A stretch of DNA of 64,000 bases, from assembly GCA_907165135.1 (NCBI GenBank), contig OU015568.1, forward strand, positions 2,356,001-2,420,000, given 5' to 3'. The notes beneath the pieces were generated by a model. It was given only the letters and a program-made list of their open reading frames with translations, searched no databases and was not told the DNA's origin. How positions within the stretch are numbered: the stretch's first letter is position 1; every line of letters starts with the position of its first letter. Position numbers and translations under genes: made by a program. The stretch comes from Oikopleura dioica (lineage: Eukaryota > Animalia > Chordata). This document shows, piece after piece, positions 62,241-64,000 of the stretch.

Positions 62241-64000
62241 TCTCTAGTTCGACTCGAACTGTTCGAGACCTGGGCTCCTTTCCCAGGTTAAAAAACTGAT
62301 GAACCTTCAATTCTCATTTTCTTGGAAATAAACATTTCTAGAAAATCCTAGCGCTTTTGGGATTTTTTCAACTCTGCCCGATTTCCCGCGAAATTAATTC
62401 AAAGCTTTTAAAAGTTTTTGGTCTTGAGTACCATTTTTGCTTTCACTTCGCTTTCGGCTGACCGTTTTGATTTGTGAGAGGAAAGAAAAGTGCCAAAAAG
62501 TGGAATTTCAAGTGGCGCCAATTTTGGCACGCGTCAACGACTCAATTAGCACACATTTCTGTTTTAGAAGTTATTAACAACACGCGAAAAAGGGTTTACG
62601 CGTTTCTTGAATTACAGAACATGGAAAAATGAATTCCAGGGCCGAATCTTTTTCTCAGCGCTAGAATCAGATTTCTTTCTTTTTCTAGCTGGCGTTTCTA
62701 TTTTGGCGGTATTTTGACCATCCGGGCTGGGCGATTTCGGAATTTCCGGAACTATTTCCTCTTTCAATCGGACGATTTACGATGTTATTTTTGCGGCTCA
62801 GGGAATGTTTGATTGTTGCCGAGCGGTGGAATTCTTGCGGCAAGAATTACATTGCCGGAAATAATTCAAAATGCCTTTCAAGCTTTTCATTTTTCTTTTG
62901 ACTCAAAAACTACTCATCGTTTGCTTCAGAAAATAAGGGTATCACTTTCTTATTTCAAAAAGTTCAGCTTTCAATCAGATTTTTAAAGAATGGAAATCAT
63001 CAACTACCACGGGAAATCTCTTCCTGAGCTTGTTGACCTTGATTTGAAAGACTTACCGGACTCTGCCGACGTTGAAAAAATAATTACCCGTCTGGCTATT
63101 TCCGCTCAAGAGGTTCAAGACAAAGCGCAACCTAATGAATAAATACACGAATCTGTTATTCCAAGGACAAAAGGAAGAGCGACGAAGAGCGTTATTTATT
63201 CCTCGCCAAGCACCTGACTGAATCTTCCTTAGCATTTTAACCTATTCACCGCTAAATACACAAATCAAGGCTGACATTTTCTTCCCGGGAGTAAACTGTC
63301 GAAATTCCGAATGGAGCCTGAGAAAGTAGGATTTCAGCCGGGTAAGAATGACATTTCGCGACTCTAGTAATTACCTCAGGAATGCGTGAACTTCATCAAA
63401 CAATCCAACAATCTGATGAGCTGCTCGACAACAGTAAAAACTGTGTGATGGCCTGTCATCAAGCTCCCGCCCTGTGGAGGCACCTCCAATCCGGGCGCCA
63501 TTTTAAAAGGTGCGCGGCGGGGGATGAGCTTTTCAATATAAATCCAACTATCACTTTCAACACTTATTCTTAAGATTATCGCAGCGGGACTTTTATCGAT
63601 TCAACGAACTTTTCTTCCGCCCTTTTATAAAAAAGGGTTTATATTTGACTTGCCCTTAAAGACTGTATTTAGTAAGAAAATATTGAATGAACTTTCAATG
63701 CAAAAAGAAAGACGCGGAAATGGATAATTTCCGGAGTTAATTAATAATTCGCTGTGAAGAATTTTCCCAAAGACCTTGAAAAGGAGGGATTAATGAGTTG
63801 ACCTTTCGGACAAAGCGGCCCCCAACGGTGGAACGAGAAAAACCGACGGATGTAAATAGTTGGAAATAGGAAATTCCAACTCACGACCTCGGATCCCGCC
63901 CCTGAATTCGCGGTTTCTAGCACTAGAATACCTCTTTTTCTCGAAAAAGTGTGTATTTCGCCCGTCAAAAGCTGATTTATACGCAACGGCTACCCTTTTG

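Noticed and set aside
62650-63600. Short ORFs and splice-like sites near the window end
   Set aside because: No coherent gene model or recognisable motif.

Overview
Compact, AT-rich eukaryotic DNA with many 35-65 nt introns, several with inferred non-canonical GA-AG ends. This fits the larvacean tunicate Oikopleura dioica; the organism is inferred, not shown. Left to right: (1) a nearly identical 6.5-kb tandem duplication (245-13316) carrying a nucleoside hydrolase, a truncated Cys-rich/kelch gene, a coiled-coil gene and an MFS transporter; (2) a 7.1-kb Mutator-like element (14424-21539, 9-bp TSD) whose spliced transposase appears to hide a decayed acyl-CoA synthetase gene antisense in one intron; (3) a UBA-like/RING gene; (4) a 14-kb mosaic pseudo-astacin/C-type-lectin/EGF/coiled-coil gene whose introns hold a hAT>MITE>tRNA-like nest and a whole antisense LRR gene; (5) sulfotransferase-like, astacin-MAM and delta-protocadherin genes; (6) a kinase/papain-like fusion gene with two different MITEs inserted in its coding exons, each bounded by splice dinucleotides that would remove it exactly (introner-like); (7) claudin-like and 7TM-like genes. 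All exon models were built by eye, and no expression data or database searches were available.
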